Shown piece by piece: positions 38,301-50,300 of a DNA stretch of 64,000 nt (its first letter is position 1; every line of letters starts with the position of its first letter). Origin of the DNA: Balanoglossus misakiensis (lineage: Eukaryota; Animalia; Hemichordata). The notes under the pieces were generated by a model, which did not search any database, was not told the DNA's origin, and worked only from the letters and a program-made list of their open reading frames with translations. The DNA lies in NCBI GenBank assembly GCA_040954595.2, contig CM082598.2, positions 9,873,097 through 9,937,096 on the forward strand. The letters run 5' to 3'. Both the position numbers and the translations under genes were made by a program.

Positions 38301-41300
38301 CATTTTTTACTCGATATTATAGAGCTGTTTTCAGGCGATGTGGATTATTTTAAGACAAAACCGTGGATTCACTTGAAGGTAGGTATACTGGATTGTTACT
38401 GAATGATTTTTTGGCAACTTCTGTCGAGTAGTTTCTTTGTAATCACGAAATTTCTGACGACTGTGAAAAAACACATAGCGTTGACATCCTCTCGATTATT
38501 TTTAAGCTGACCGTTACACATGGATTTTACCACGAAATTTCAAACTTTTATCAAAATATAGACATCAAACTCCCTCTCTTTGAGTTTTCATTCACTTCCA
38601 AGCTTTGATAGTGACGATATGACCAGTTCAATTTTGTTTACTTTTCAACCCGTGAGCGCCACTTCTTCTGCAAAATGGCGGGAGAAGACAGCATGCATGT
38701 GTACGTATATACGCTGGCGCAGGCTTGATCCTGGGATGTACCAGCTGCGTAGTTTTCCCTCCTCTCTCATGCGAAGAAATTTTGATTGCTGATATGTAAT
38801 CCCGAGTTTTACTAAACCCTAACAATTATTTTATGAAGGTTTGCCCGTCAAGGAAACTCACTTTTTTAAATTTTATTGTTCTTTCAGATTGATGAAGACT
38901 GATTTTTGTGGTGGTGGTGTTGCAGTTGACTGTTTTATTTTAGCTGTCTGAGTTGACAATTTATAATCTGTATTTTGTTGTATTTTTAACTCTTTATCCT
39001 GTATTTTGTAGTAGTATTTTGAACACTGTTTAATAAATAAATTACTATTATTATTATTTATCGACCCAATGCAATGATGACAAATCGCTCGCCTTCAGAC
39101 ACAAATGTTGTATTTATTGCATATATCATCGGCGAATAAAGGGAAGTGGTTTCGAAGTTACACTTGGTATTTTCGAAAAGTCTACTTATATCCCACGATG
39201 CGGAGAAAAAAATATACACAAAATACGTCAGCTGAGCTCCTCACGTACGGTAAACCTGGCATTCTGTGCATGGGTAATCAAATATTTGTTTGTAGCCCAA
39301 TGTAGGCGTACGGCGTATCCTGTATTTTGTAGTAGTATTTTGAACACTGTTTAATAAATAAATTACTATTATTATTATTTATCGACCCAATGCAATGATG
39401 ACAAATCGCTCGCCTTCAGACACAAATGTTGTATTTATTGCATATATCATCGGCGAATAAAGGGAAGTGGTTTCGAAGTTACACTTGGTATTTTCGAAAA
39501 GTCTACTTATATCCCACGATGCGGAGAAAAAAATATACACAAAATACGTCAGCTGAGCTCCTCACGTACGGTAAACCTGGCATTCTGTGCATGGGTAATC
39601 AAATATTTGTTTGTAGCCCAATGTAGGCGTACGGCGTGGAGCACCCGGGCGCGGCACTCGTGCGATTGATCGATGTTGTGTCGAAATCAGGCCAGTAATT
39701 AAGTTAAAACTTGGCTGATATGTTACCTTAGAGTGTTATATACACTATCCAGTAATTTTTACTTGACAAGTGTCTTTTAGCAACTGTTTTCCCTTAGATA
39801 AACGTGTCGTTTCACGAGCAATGCAACACTTCCGTATTTACAAGCCTAACATGGAGAGGTCAACGTAGGGCCTATACTTCCGGGTCATATCGTCGAACTA
39901 CATCGATTATTTTTAAGCTGACCGTTACACAAGCATTTCGAGTTAATTTCTTTTCACGGATGTTGGGACCGATATTAGACCTATCTGTCACGAAAACTTT
40001 GTTAACTTCCGAGGTCGTCTTCAAATGATTTGGCACGTTTGTGGACGTCTCTTCCGAGGTCACCAACATACCACCGAAAACACGCTAAAAACTACTACTA
40101 TTACCGACAGATTCTCATAAAATTTACGTCTGCAGTGCAAAATAGGAATCATTTTCGAAATTTATCGAGCTAGCATGGTATTTTATTGTACCACGGAGTG
40201 TAAAAATCAAGTTGAAAATCACCTTGAAAACTGGCCTATTGCCGTCTGTTTGAAAATTAACGGTCGCTGGCTTGACGAACTTTCATATGCAAATGAGCAC
40301 CGTGCGATCTGACTGAGTTTGGTGACCACAAACCCCAAACCCCGTGTCTCGGTTATCACCGGTTCTGGAGAAGAAGATTTTTGAAATTTAAGCCAGATTT
40401 CAGAAAAAAAATTGTAGCAAAAAAACTGCAACTTTGTCAGCATAATTTCCAATTACAAAAATGATAGGCAGAAGGTAGTCTACCAGCATGCCAAATTTTA
40501 AGTCGATCTGACTTGTATTTTCTGAGATCTGAGATTAGCATTTTTTCAGAAAATCCAAGATGGTCGCCAGGTTACGTGACTAATTAAAAATTCAAGGGTT
40601 CAATGCACGACTACTCATTGAACTTGACCACTGTAGCAAGTTTCAGAAGTATACCTGCAGCGGTGTCTGAGATCTAGATAGACAAAGAAGTGAACCAAGA
40701 ATAAAGAAAGAAAGACTGAAAAACCCCAACGAAACCAATAGGGCCCAAGTGCTGCAGGCGCTTGGGCCCTAAGAAAGAAAGAAAGACTGAAAAACCCCAA
40801 CGAAACCAATAGGGCCCAAGTGCTGCAGGCGCTTGGGCCCTAAGAAAGAAAGAAAGACTGAAAAACCCCAACGAAACCAATAGGGCCCAAGCGCTGCAGG
40901 CGCTTGGGCCCTAAAAAATTCCAACAAACCAATACTATCATGACCAGCATGCCAAAGATCTGCCCAGTTTATCAAACGATGAGTTTGTGAGGATGAAGAC
41001 ACCCAAAGGATGGAAACCAGCAGTTGTACAGTCCAGAGCAAATACATTGTATTTGCATAAATGTGTTATTGGGGAAACTTTTGTTACAGAGACCACCAGC
41101 TATTAAATTTTTAATTACAAGTGGCAGGTCAGTGTGTGTGTCTGTCTGTCTGTTCCAGGGCTGACTGATAGAAGTTGCTTGTCATTTGTGTTTGTACAGA
41201 CAATTTTTGGTCAAAACATTTTTTGTTCTAGCACCACTTGTAAGTCTGCCATGACACATGACTGTTTATTGGGCATGTTCCTTGTTAATTTTTTACATTC

Positions 41301-44300
41301 CATATTTCTATATGGTAAGATCATATCTGCTCGCAATGTCACCTGTAATTTTTATTCTGGTGTATCCTTATTTCTGCGTAATCCTTAGATGGGACCACAG
41401 TGTCCTTGACACTATTTTTATAATAATAATAATATTTATTTGCATAAAGGCCACCGGCCCATTGCATTTAGTACATCAAAATGATACAGAGGTAAAGAAT
41501 TTGATTTGATTGCACCACAAAATTATACAAAACATTTAGACAGAGTATTGCATGCTATTACAAATTTAGTGCTTCTTTCCGCAATTCGAATGCTTGATAT
41601 ACATATTTTGCCAGGTTATTTATAATATTATTATCACCTGAGGTGAAAAGTTTGACCATATTTGCTTGATAATGATATCTTGTAAAACACTTTGGTAAAT
41701 ATTTCTCCCTAAGATTTTGATAAAGTGTACATTCAAAAAGAAAATGATATTCGTCTTCAACGATACATGTATTACAAATTTCACAACCTTTCAGACCTAT
41801 CCAGACCTTTGCTGCGGCCAGTTTCAATAGAAAGCTGGTGGCCGGAACATCGTATCTGTGAAAGGGCCTTTCTATGTTTGTTAATTTTAACATTAAATAA
41901 ATAATTTTCAAGGCATGGGCTATTCTTTAATTGACAAAACATTTGTAAACGGCTTGTGCTAGAAATTTCCCCCCACCAGTCTTGACGCCAATTATCTTTT
42001 ACTGTATCTGAAAACAGTGTAATAAACAATTTTTCATTACCAACTCCCTGATTAATCCAAGCATATCCATAACCATATCTATAAAGTATATTACGAATAT
42101 GAGATGCCCAATTTGTTTTCCCCAATAAATCTTCTCTTACAAGAAGTGTATATGAATGTTTTGCTATTTGTGTATTTGGCATAGATAATAATTTCAGCCA
42201 CCATTTTATGCATCGAATGTATGTATGAACGAAAATAGGTGGTCTGCCCAATTCCCCTATTACAGCGGCATTTGGAGTGTTACTTTTTACGCCTAAAAGC
42301 GTTTACAATACTTATAATGTACAGTTTCTGCGCATGCGTAGGGTTGAAAACCCCATATCTCTGAGCCATATGTCAAAATTGGCAAGATCATTATATCAAA
42401 CACTTTAAAGTAAAGCTGACAAGGGAGTTCTCCAAATTTTCGTGTAAAGCGGTTGACAGTAAATATAGCTTTCTTGGCCTGTTCAGATAAAGTTTGTACA
42501 GCCTTAAACCATACATTTCGACTAGAAAACACAATACCCAGATATTTATAATAAGATACAACATTCACTTGTTCTCCTCCATATAGCCATTTTTCTGTTT
42601 TCTTAATTATACCACCGTTTCTAAATACAATAATTTTTGTTTTGGACAAATTTACTTTCATTTTACATTTTTCAGTAAATAAATTAAGCGTGTTTAGCAA
42701 CCTCTGCAAACCAACTACAGTGTCTGCAAACATCGTGATGTCATCAGCATACAGTAGGAGGAAAATATCTTTCAATTCCTGTGTTATTTGTATACCCATG
42801 TGACCTGCATTTTCAACCATATTTTGTAGTTCATTAATAAATATAGCAAATAAAAACGGGCTGAGGATGCAACCTTGACGCACACCCGATGGACAGTCAA
42901 AACATTTTGTTATATGTTGTTTCACTCTGACGCAAGATTTGACGTCTTTATATATGCTTTTAAGGATTATGAACATTTTACCTTGCACACCATTCTGTAA
43001 AAGTGACATAAATAAAAGTGTATGATTAACAGTGTCAAATGCTTTGGCAAAGTCAACAAAAACGCAATAAAATCGTCCCCCTCGTCTTCCCAGATATTTT
43101 TGTACAATTGCATAAAGAGAGAAAATATTATGTAAAGTGGAATACCCTTTTCTAAACCCTGCCTGACACTCTGATAACTTGCCTTCCGTTTCGGCCCATG
43201 TAGTCAACCTCTCGTTAAGAATAGTAGTGAAAATTTTACTGAAATTACTCAAAAGAGTGATACCTCTATAATTGTTTACATTGCCTTTATCGCCTGATTT
43301 GTGGAGAGGTACAATGACTCCCATGGACCAACCATCAGGAAAGTTTCCAGAGTCAAAAATTAAATTGAAAAGGCGCACAAGATATGGAAGGAGAATATTC
43401 TCAGATACTTTAAAAAATTCAGCTGGCAGGCCATCGAAACCCGGTGCTTTTCCAGTTTTAAGCTTCTGGATGGCTTTAGATATCTCATCCACTGTAATAG
43501 GCTTATTCAAAATCAATTCATCAGATGCGTAACCAGTGTCGCCCATTGTTATGTTCTTAATATCCATGTCAACAGGGAGGGCCTGAAACAACTTTTTGAA
43601 ATGCTCAATCCAATGACTGGCTGGGATTTCTGACTTTGAAAACTTCCTATTCAGCAAACGAAACTTTTCCCATATTGAACCAGTATCGCTGATGTCTTTC
43701 ACAAGTGAGAATTTTAATTCTTCTTGGTAATCTCGTTTCTTTTTTCTGCAAAGCACCTTAAATTTCCTCTTAGTTTCATTATACTCCGACAAATCGACCT
43801 CTCTATTCATAATACGAAATTTACGTAGGCTCTTATTTTTAACAGATTTCAGAGAAATACATTCAGCATCAAACCAGGGCGCATGAATATTACATTGCAA
43901 GTGGGAGTTGTAATTTAATTTTGTACACACTTTCATTTCTGACCCAGCGGCTTCAAAAATTTCACCTATATATTTAACACATTCATTAGCATCACCTCTG
44001 TTCAGGGCAGTTGTTAAATGATCCCGATGTTCAGACATGTTCACCCTTTCCATGAAATTATCCTTCAACTCTTGATTCCACTTAAACTTCACTAATTTCT
44101 TTGTACAATTCTCTTCAATTATTATGGGTTGTTCAAAGTTAGTGTATATGTCAAGGTCAATATGTAACACAATGGGTAGATGGTCAGAAAAGTCTATACT
44201 AAGCACAGAAAAATAGCTTATTGCCTTAAATAAATCCGTCGAAGCAATCATATAATCAACAACACTGCATCCGTTATGGGAAAAACATGTAAATTCTCCT

Positions 44301-47300
44301 GGAACATCTTGGTCCTTGCGACCATTTATAATATGTACATCAAACGTTTTGCAAAGCATTAATAGAGAATTACCAAAATTATTTAATATTTTATCTTTAG
44401 ATTTACGTGGCATGGTAAATTCGTCACACATGTATGATTCCATTGGCAAGTATTCAGTGGAGTCGTCCACAATAAAGTCATCATTCGATGAGGTCCTTGC
44501 ATTAAAGTCGCCACTTAAAATAATATTTACATCTTGATAATCTGTCAAAATATTTGTAATATATTCTTCTAAGAGAGTTATACCATTTTCATCTGATAAA
44601 CTACTTTATACGGTTGAGTACTCAGGAGCTATGTAGACGCAACAATATATCACATCCTTAGGGGGTGTGAAGTGAAAGAAATCATTATGTAATAACAATA
44701 CAACAACATCTTGTAATTGACAATGTAATTGAGTAATACCAGCAGTAACATTATCACTAACATAGACAGCAACTCCACCTGCATTCCGCCCTCGTTTACG
44801 TATTTTCTTTCTTGGTTTGTTAAAACATACATAACCAGGGATACTTGGTGTATCATCAATATCTAACCATGTTTCTACAAAGCCAATAATATTATACGAT
44901 TTGCATGTAGACAGAAAATCATTTAAAGACAGCTTACTTTTGAGGCCTCTTACATTCAGCGTCATTAATTTCAATGCGGCTGTTGAGCTGTCACTATTTC
45001 TATTCTCTGTATTATAACAGGTGTGTACATCAATGCTATTTCCATCATAATCATCCTGCTTGTTTTCAATATTTGGGCCTTGACCTAACCATTATTTCGA
45101 CTTATTGACAGGTTTAATATTATCATTGTTTGCATCGTATGTATATGCTGTACCTTCAATAATAATTTTATCGTAGGAGAGTTTGCAACGTTTATTGTTT
45201 TCACGGGCTTGTCTAAGAAATTTAAATAAGTTCTTTCTGGTATTATGTACACGTGCTGAAAAGTCTTCGGCGATGCGGTACTGTGTCTGTGTTCCCTTTC
45301 ACTTCGACGTCGCACGCAGCACCTGTTCTTTCTGCTTGAAACTTGCGCACTTGGCTATGATTGGTCGCGGTCTCGATCTGGTATTCAGGTGGTGTGCTCG
45401 TTCCAGTTCCACGTCATCAACACCTAGTTCCTTTAGAGAATAATGAACGCCCCAAAGACCCATAATGGACGAAAGCACACATTGTGCGTCATAATATACG
45501 AGGCGAAGCCGAGTATATTGTGGAGCACAATGTGTGCTTGAGTCCATTATGGGTCTTTGGGGCGTTCATTATTCTCATTATTTTATAGTTTTGTCAATGC
45601 CAGTGAATTTGCAGACTTCAAAAAGTATAGTTGCGAACAATTCAGACTCGGACACGGAGATCGAGAACAGAGCAATGGCGTACGCGTAAACAAAAGGTCA
45701 CCTGATCGTGGTGTGTCAGTGTACTGTACATTTCTAGTATCATATTCAAACATCAGCAAATAAATAATGAAGGTTTATTTACGCATGTGAAAATTCATTT
45801 AAGGGTTCTGCTGAAATATATCTGAAAAAGTTTCGATTTTTGTGTAATCTTGGGGAGGACTCGGGGAATATTTGAATTCGTTTGCGTTCTCAGGATAGTT
45901 CACGTATACGGGCGCTCGGAAGGTTGCAATACATAAACAAACTCGCCCTCGATCGACCCTCCGTACCGCGTAGACAACATGACAAATGACACTTGCGGCA
46001 TATTTTTTTTTACGTATAGCTTCGTTGACATGACTGCTTGGTACATGGTACACGGTATGTATGGTGAACGAATGTCAAATCCAGCATCATGGAGAGGTTT
46101 GCTTTACGTGCGTGAGCGAGCCATGTTGACTGCGCGTGATTCAAGAGCAGACGACATGTACTGCAGCCGTAGGAAGAAAAAATAAACAAAACGCCAGTCG
46201 AGGACAGATTTGGAAATTAATAAATATCGCCGTATTTATTCTGTGTACGTTTGCATTTCTTTTTTAGCCCTTAAAATGTTCGCATTGTTTGAAATCCTCC
46301 GTTATTCAGTCGGAAATTGTACACGTCCACTGGTTCTTGGGCGCGTCGCGCGTCCATCGAATAACACGATACATTATCAGTAATAATGTATAGCTATGAC
46401 GTCACAAAATTCACTGGTATTGATAAAGCTATAATATAATTTCCAATAACGTTTTCACCTTTTCTTCGCTTTCCGACCAAGTTTCACTGCCATCTTGTGA
46501 CTCAGCAATTCCATGCACAATAATATTATTACGTTTTAATTGCGATGAGAGGTAGTCAGATTCGGCCTCCACTTTGCACACTCGTTCACGTAACTGTTCG
46601 TTTTCAATCTGAAGTATTCTAACTTTTTCATGTTCATGCTGTTGTTCCTTCCTCAAATCTGTCATATCTGTTTCCAATTGACCTATTTTGGTATGAATCT
46701 CGTCTGATAGAGATTTAATTTGAGATGATATTGACCGTTTTACACTGCCAAGTTCATTCATAATATCGTTCATCGTAAAACTGCTATCACCAATTTTACC
46801 TGTAGTGCTGTCCGTGTGCAGCTCTTCAAGCGACAAAGAACGGGTGGTACTGCGTAGTTCCCGTACCCCTCCACAAACCGTGTCCGTAATTTTCGGTTGT
46901 TTCGTTGTTTTTGGCTGGTTTGGGCCGGGGTTAGATTCAATATCACCGCTCAAAAGTAGCCGTTGCTCGGAACCGTATATATTTACCACATTTGAACTAA
47001 TACAGTGTTCGGCGTACAAATCCATGCACTCACCATGATTTTCAAACAATGTCATACTATAGTCCGTACGGAGTCCGTTTCCCCATGGTGTTTGCACCGC
47101 CAACATCTCATACGTCTCCGAGAAATACGTGAGCACCGCTGAGTTGGCGAGCTTCAGTGTCTCCTCATCTGCGAAAGCGAGACTAATGACAAGCACAGGC
47201 AGTGTTACCATCAGTGTGCATGCTAATCGGTAGCCAATTTCCATTGCTAATGACCATCTGGTATGTGGGTCGTATTCCGACGGCAAAGTTACCATTTTCC

Positions 47301-50300
47301 ACGAAGTTGGTTGCGAAAAACAGCCGATACGACAACGCCAGGCGTTTAGAGCAACTCCCATCGTATAAAATATGTCTTTCGTCACCAAGTCAGGACCGCG
47401 TTGGTTAAAATTTAGGAGGAAATGCGGTAGAATTTTCAGTTAGCTTCGGGAGCTCCGTCCGCACGAGGCACACCCTTCGAGAGTTTGACTGTTTATTGGG
47501 CATGTTCCTTGTTAATTTTTTACATTCCATATTTCTATATGGTAAGATCATATCTGCTCGCAATGTCACCTGTAATTTTTATTCTGGTGTATCCTTATTT
47601 CTGCGTAATCCTTAGATGGGACCACAGTGTCCTTGACACTATTTTTTACATTGTTGCAAGTCATACAATGATCAGCAGTTATAGTCAATACGGTTTGTCA
47701 GGTTCTTCTTGTATAATTAGTTGCTCAGAAAAAAAATCCCCAGCCATTGCTTCTCCTTTGTCAAAGCATAAAATGAGGGTCGGAAAGATCAAATGGGTCG
47801 ACAAATGCTCCACCTTGTAATTCTTCAAGCTTTGCCACATCAGTATTCCATCTTTTAATGACTGCTTTTCCATATCAGATTATATTTTGTTTACCAATAC
47901 TGGATATTTGTGAAATGTATCAGAGAACTTTGCAGTAATCGGTCCACCCAAAACCACTTTTCAAGTGCTAAACCTCTCATCTTTAATCCTATGACACCAC
48001 CAGCACCCTTTAGTAAATCGTCAGATAAGTTTGCCATGAAATCTCCTTCATTTAATGATTCTCGTACACTTTCAGGTATTCTTTCCATCACCAGAATAAG
48101 TACTGGCATGTATCTTGCATAGTTTGTTTCGATTGGCACAAAACGACAGCGGTTATAATTGCTGATTCTTAGCAGTTTGGCTGATATCCCAATCACCATT
48201 TCTTAATGAACTTACATTTCTACCGGTGGGTAGAGTTTTAATGGCAGCAATACTCTACACAAAGTCATACCAAAAGTTCATTTAATGATTCTCGTACACT
48301 TTCAGGTATTCTTTCCATCACCAGAATAAGTACTGGCATGTATCTTGCATAGTTTGTTTCGATTGGCACAAAACGACAGCGGTTATAATAGCTGATTCTT
48401 AGCAGTTTGGCTAATATCCCAATCACCATTTCTTAATGCACTTACATTTCTACTGGTGGGTAGAGTTTTAATGGCAGCAATACTCTACACAATGTCATAC
48501 CAAAAGTTAAACGTTACTCCTTTCTTGTCGAAACTCAGCCATGAGCGGGAAAAGCTGATCAATGATAGGTACCACAAAATTGTGAACTATTTCCAAAAGT
48601 TCATTAGCAGGCAGGGAATCTTGAAAGCCCTTATTCAGGGAAGTCAAAAGATCACAATCCATCTCAGGCATTGACTGTGTTTCCTACCATTACACCATGA
48701 TAAAAAGATGTAAAACCTAGTGCTGGACGTTTCATCAGCATGATGGAGGCCTTGCAATGACAAACAACCGGCCAACATTTTTCACATTACCAAATTTTTT
48801 TTGTATGATTATGAATGATTGTGGTTTAAAAACATTACTTTTGAGTATATAATGTGTCTTAAGTGCTTTACCTACAATTTCCGAAATATATCTGTGCCCA
48901 AAAATCAGATATTCGATTGAGTTGTCTGGACTATTGCCACAGTGGCATCATGGGGATAACGCATAAATCAGCATGACTTACACTCCCACAGTCGCGTTTT
49001 TTATATAATATCAAGAAATAAAAGTGGGATCTTATTTATATGTTAATATCAAAATGTACCAATTTATAGCATTCTAGACACAAACAGTGTTTAGTAAATG
49101 CTCGCCGTAAAGTGTCATTTTGAACAAAAGTCCAAAATGCCCATTTTGTCACTTTGACCTGAAATTTGAGGATGACCTTGACCTTGAGCCCCAAAGTTCA
49201 AGTTAGCAATCAAAAGCTCGCACCCGACATTATAAGTTTGAGTGTTCATCTAAAGCCTAATTGGTAGCTAAGATATATAGCAAGTTTCTTATTTTGGGGA
49301 ATTTCGCAAAATGTTCTATGCGCCGTTATGGTTACAGAATTTTAATATAAATTACAACCAAGGACGAAAATCGGCCTATTTTCTTTAAAGCTAATATTCC
49401 GTGCTCCCTGATGACCAATTTACAGCCTCCACGAGCAGATCGTTTTCCAGTAAATCAAAACTATGTATGATTGATATGCAAAAAATAGCGAAATTTTTAC
49501 TTTGACCTCAAGTTTTGAAGATGAGCTTGACCTCTGACCTTGTCGGTCATGTAATCATTGGATAGCCTGTACCCTACTTTATAACACTGAATGTTTAAAT
49601 TTTTAGGTCCCATTGGTATATACCATGGGACCTTATGGGATCGGTTGCGTCTGTATACATGTATGTATGTATGGATGTATGTCTGTATGTCCGTCCACAT
49701 CAAAAACTTGAAAACTGCAGCGCATATGACCTCGATATTTGGTGTGTAGATGCAGGCAGGGCTGTAGATGGGAGTTTGTTCAAATGAAGTTGTCATTGCC
49801 AAAATTATGCAAATAAGCTGGGAAAATGTGAAATTGGTCAAAACTCAAAAACTCGACAACCACTGGTCATATTGATTTGAAAATTGGTATGCATGTACCT
49901 TATGTCAACCTCATACAGTCCTGTATGTTTTGAGCTAATATTATCGATTTCCTATTTTTCATGCATTTTTTTGTATTTTTCCATGTTTTTGTTAAAAAGT
50001 CTTCATTTCTGAAAGTGATAGGCTTATTTCTTTGAAATTTAGTGTGAAGCTTCCTTATAGTTGTCTGAGTAACCATAGTTTTGTTCAAATTGTTGCAAAA
50101 TTTGCATATTTATAATTTTGAGCAATTTTTGCCATTTTTAGGGAAGAGGTCCATTTCCAGTAGGCGGTCTCTCACTTGGTCCCGCAAAAGGGGGGGGGGG
50201 GGGAAATGTGACCATATTCTCGTGATTTTTTACACTCCATTATTGGAGCCGTTCAGACCACTTCCTACCGCAGGGTTACCGTGGGGTTACTGCTGGACTA

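Larger units (their letters stand above)
36090..40914 (-). mobile_element. HINE family 2 element inserted in Gypsy integrase, carrying two nested TIR elements and three 5' hairpin modules
   Basis: gctgcaagcagc...gggcccaagc at the left end; three 71-bp (AAAG)n-spacer-hairpin modules at about 40700-40914. Confidence 0.78.
27150..41046 (+). mobile_element. Mag-like Ty3/Gypsy LTR retrotransposon, pseudogenised, split by four insertions, 3' LTR missing
   Basis: gag 27301-28282 and 31282-31330 (two Zn knuckles; CPAFGKI|CHKCKKNNHFAKMC); protease DTGA; RT LDASSGFWQI and ICDD; RNase H DAS and YAQIEKE; integrase 35307-36089 and 40936-41046; stops at 32041 and 32365 plus frameshifts. Confidence 0.93.
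41420..47485 (-). mobile_element. Full-length but decayed APE-type LINE (RTEX-like) with 161-bp TSD
   Basis: ORF1 and ORF2 (APE-RT-zinc finger), aataaa + (ATT)n tail at 41420-41445, direct repeat 41259-41419 = 47486-47646. Confidence 0.92.

Noticed and set aside
42293-44548. 751-aa ORF as an active reverse transcriptase gene
   Set aside because: It is the middle of ORF2 between two premature stops; ORF1 is also disrupted
46921-46965. 2A motif as evidence of an endogenous virus
   Set aside because: It is in frame with a LINE ORF1 inside an element with a tail and TSD; no viral genes nearby
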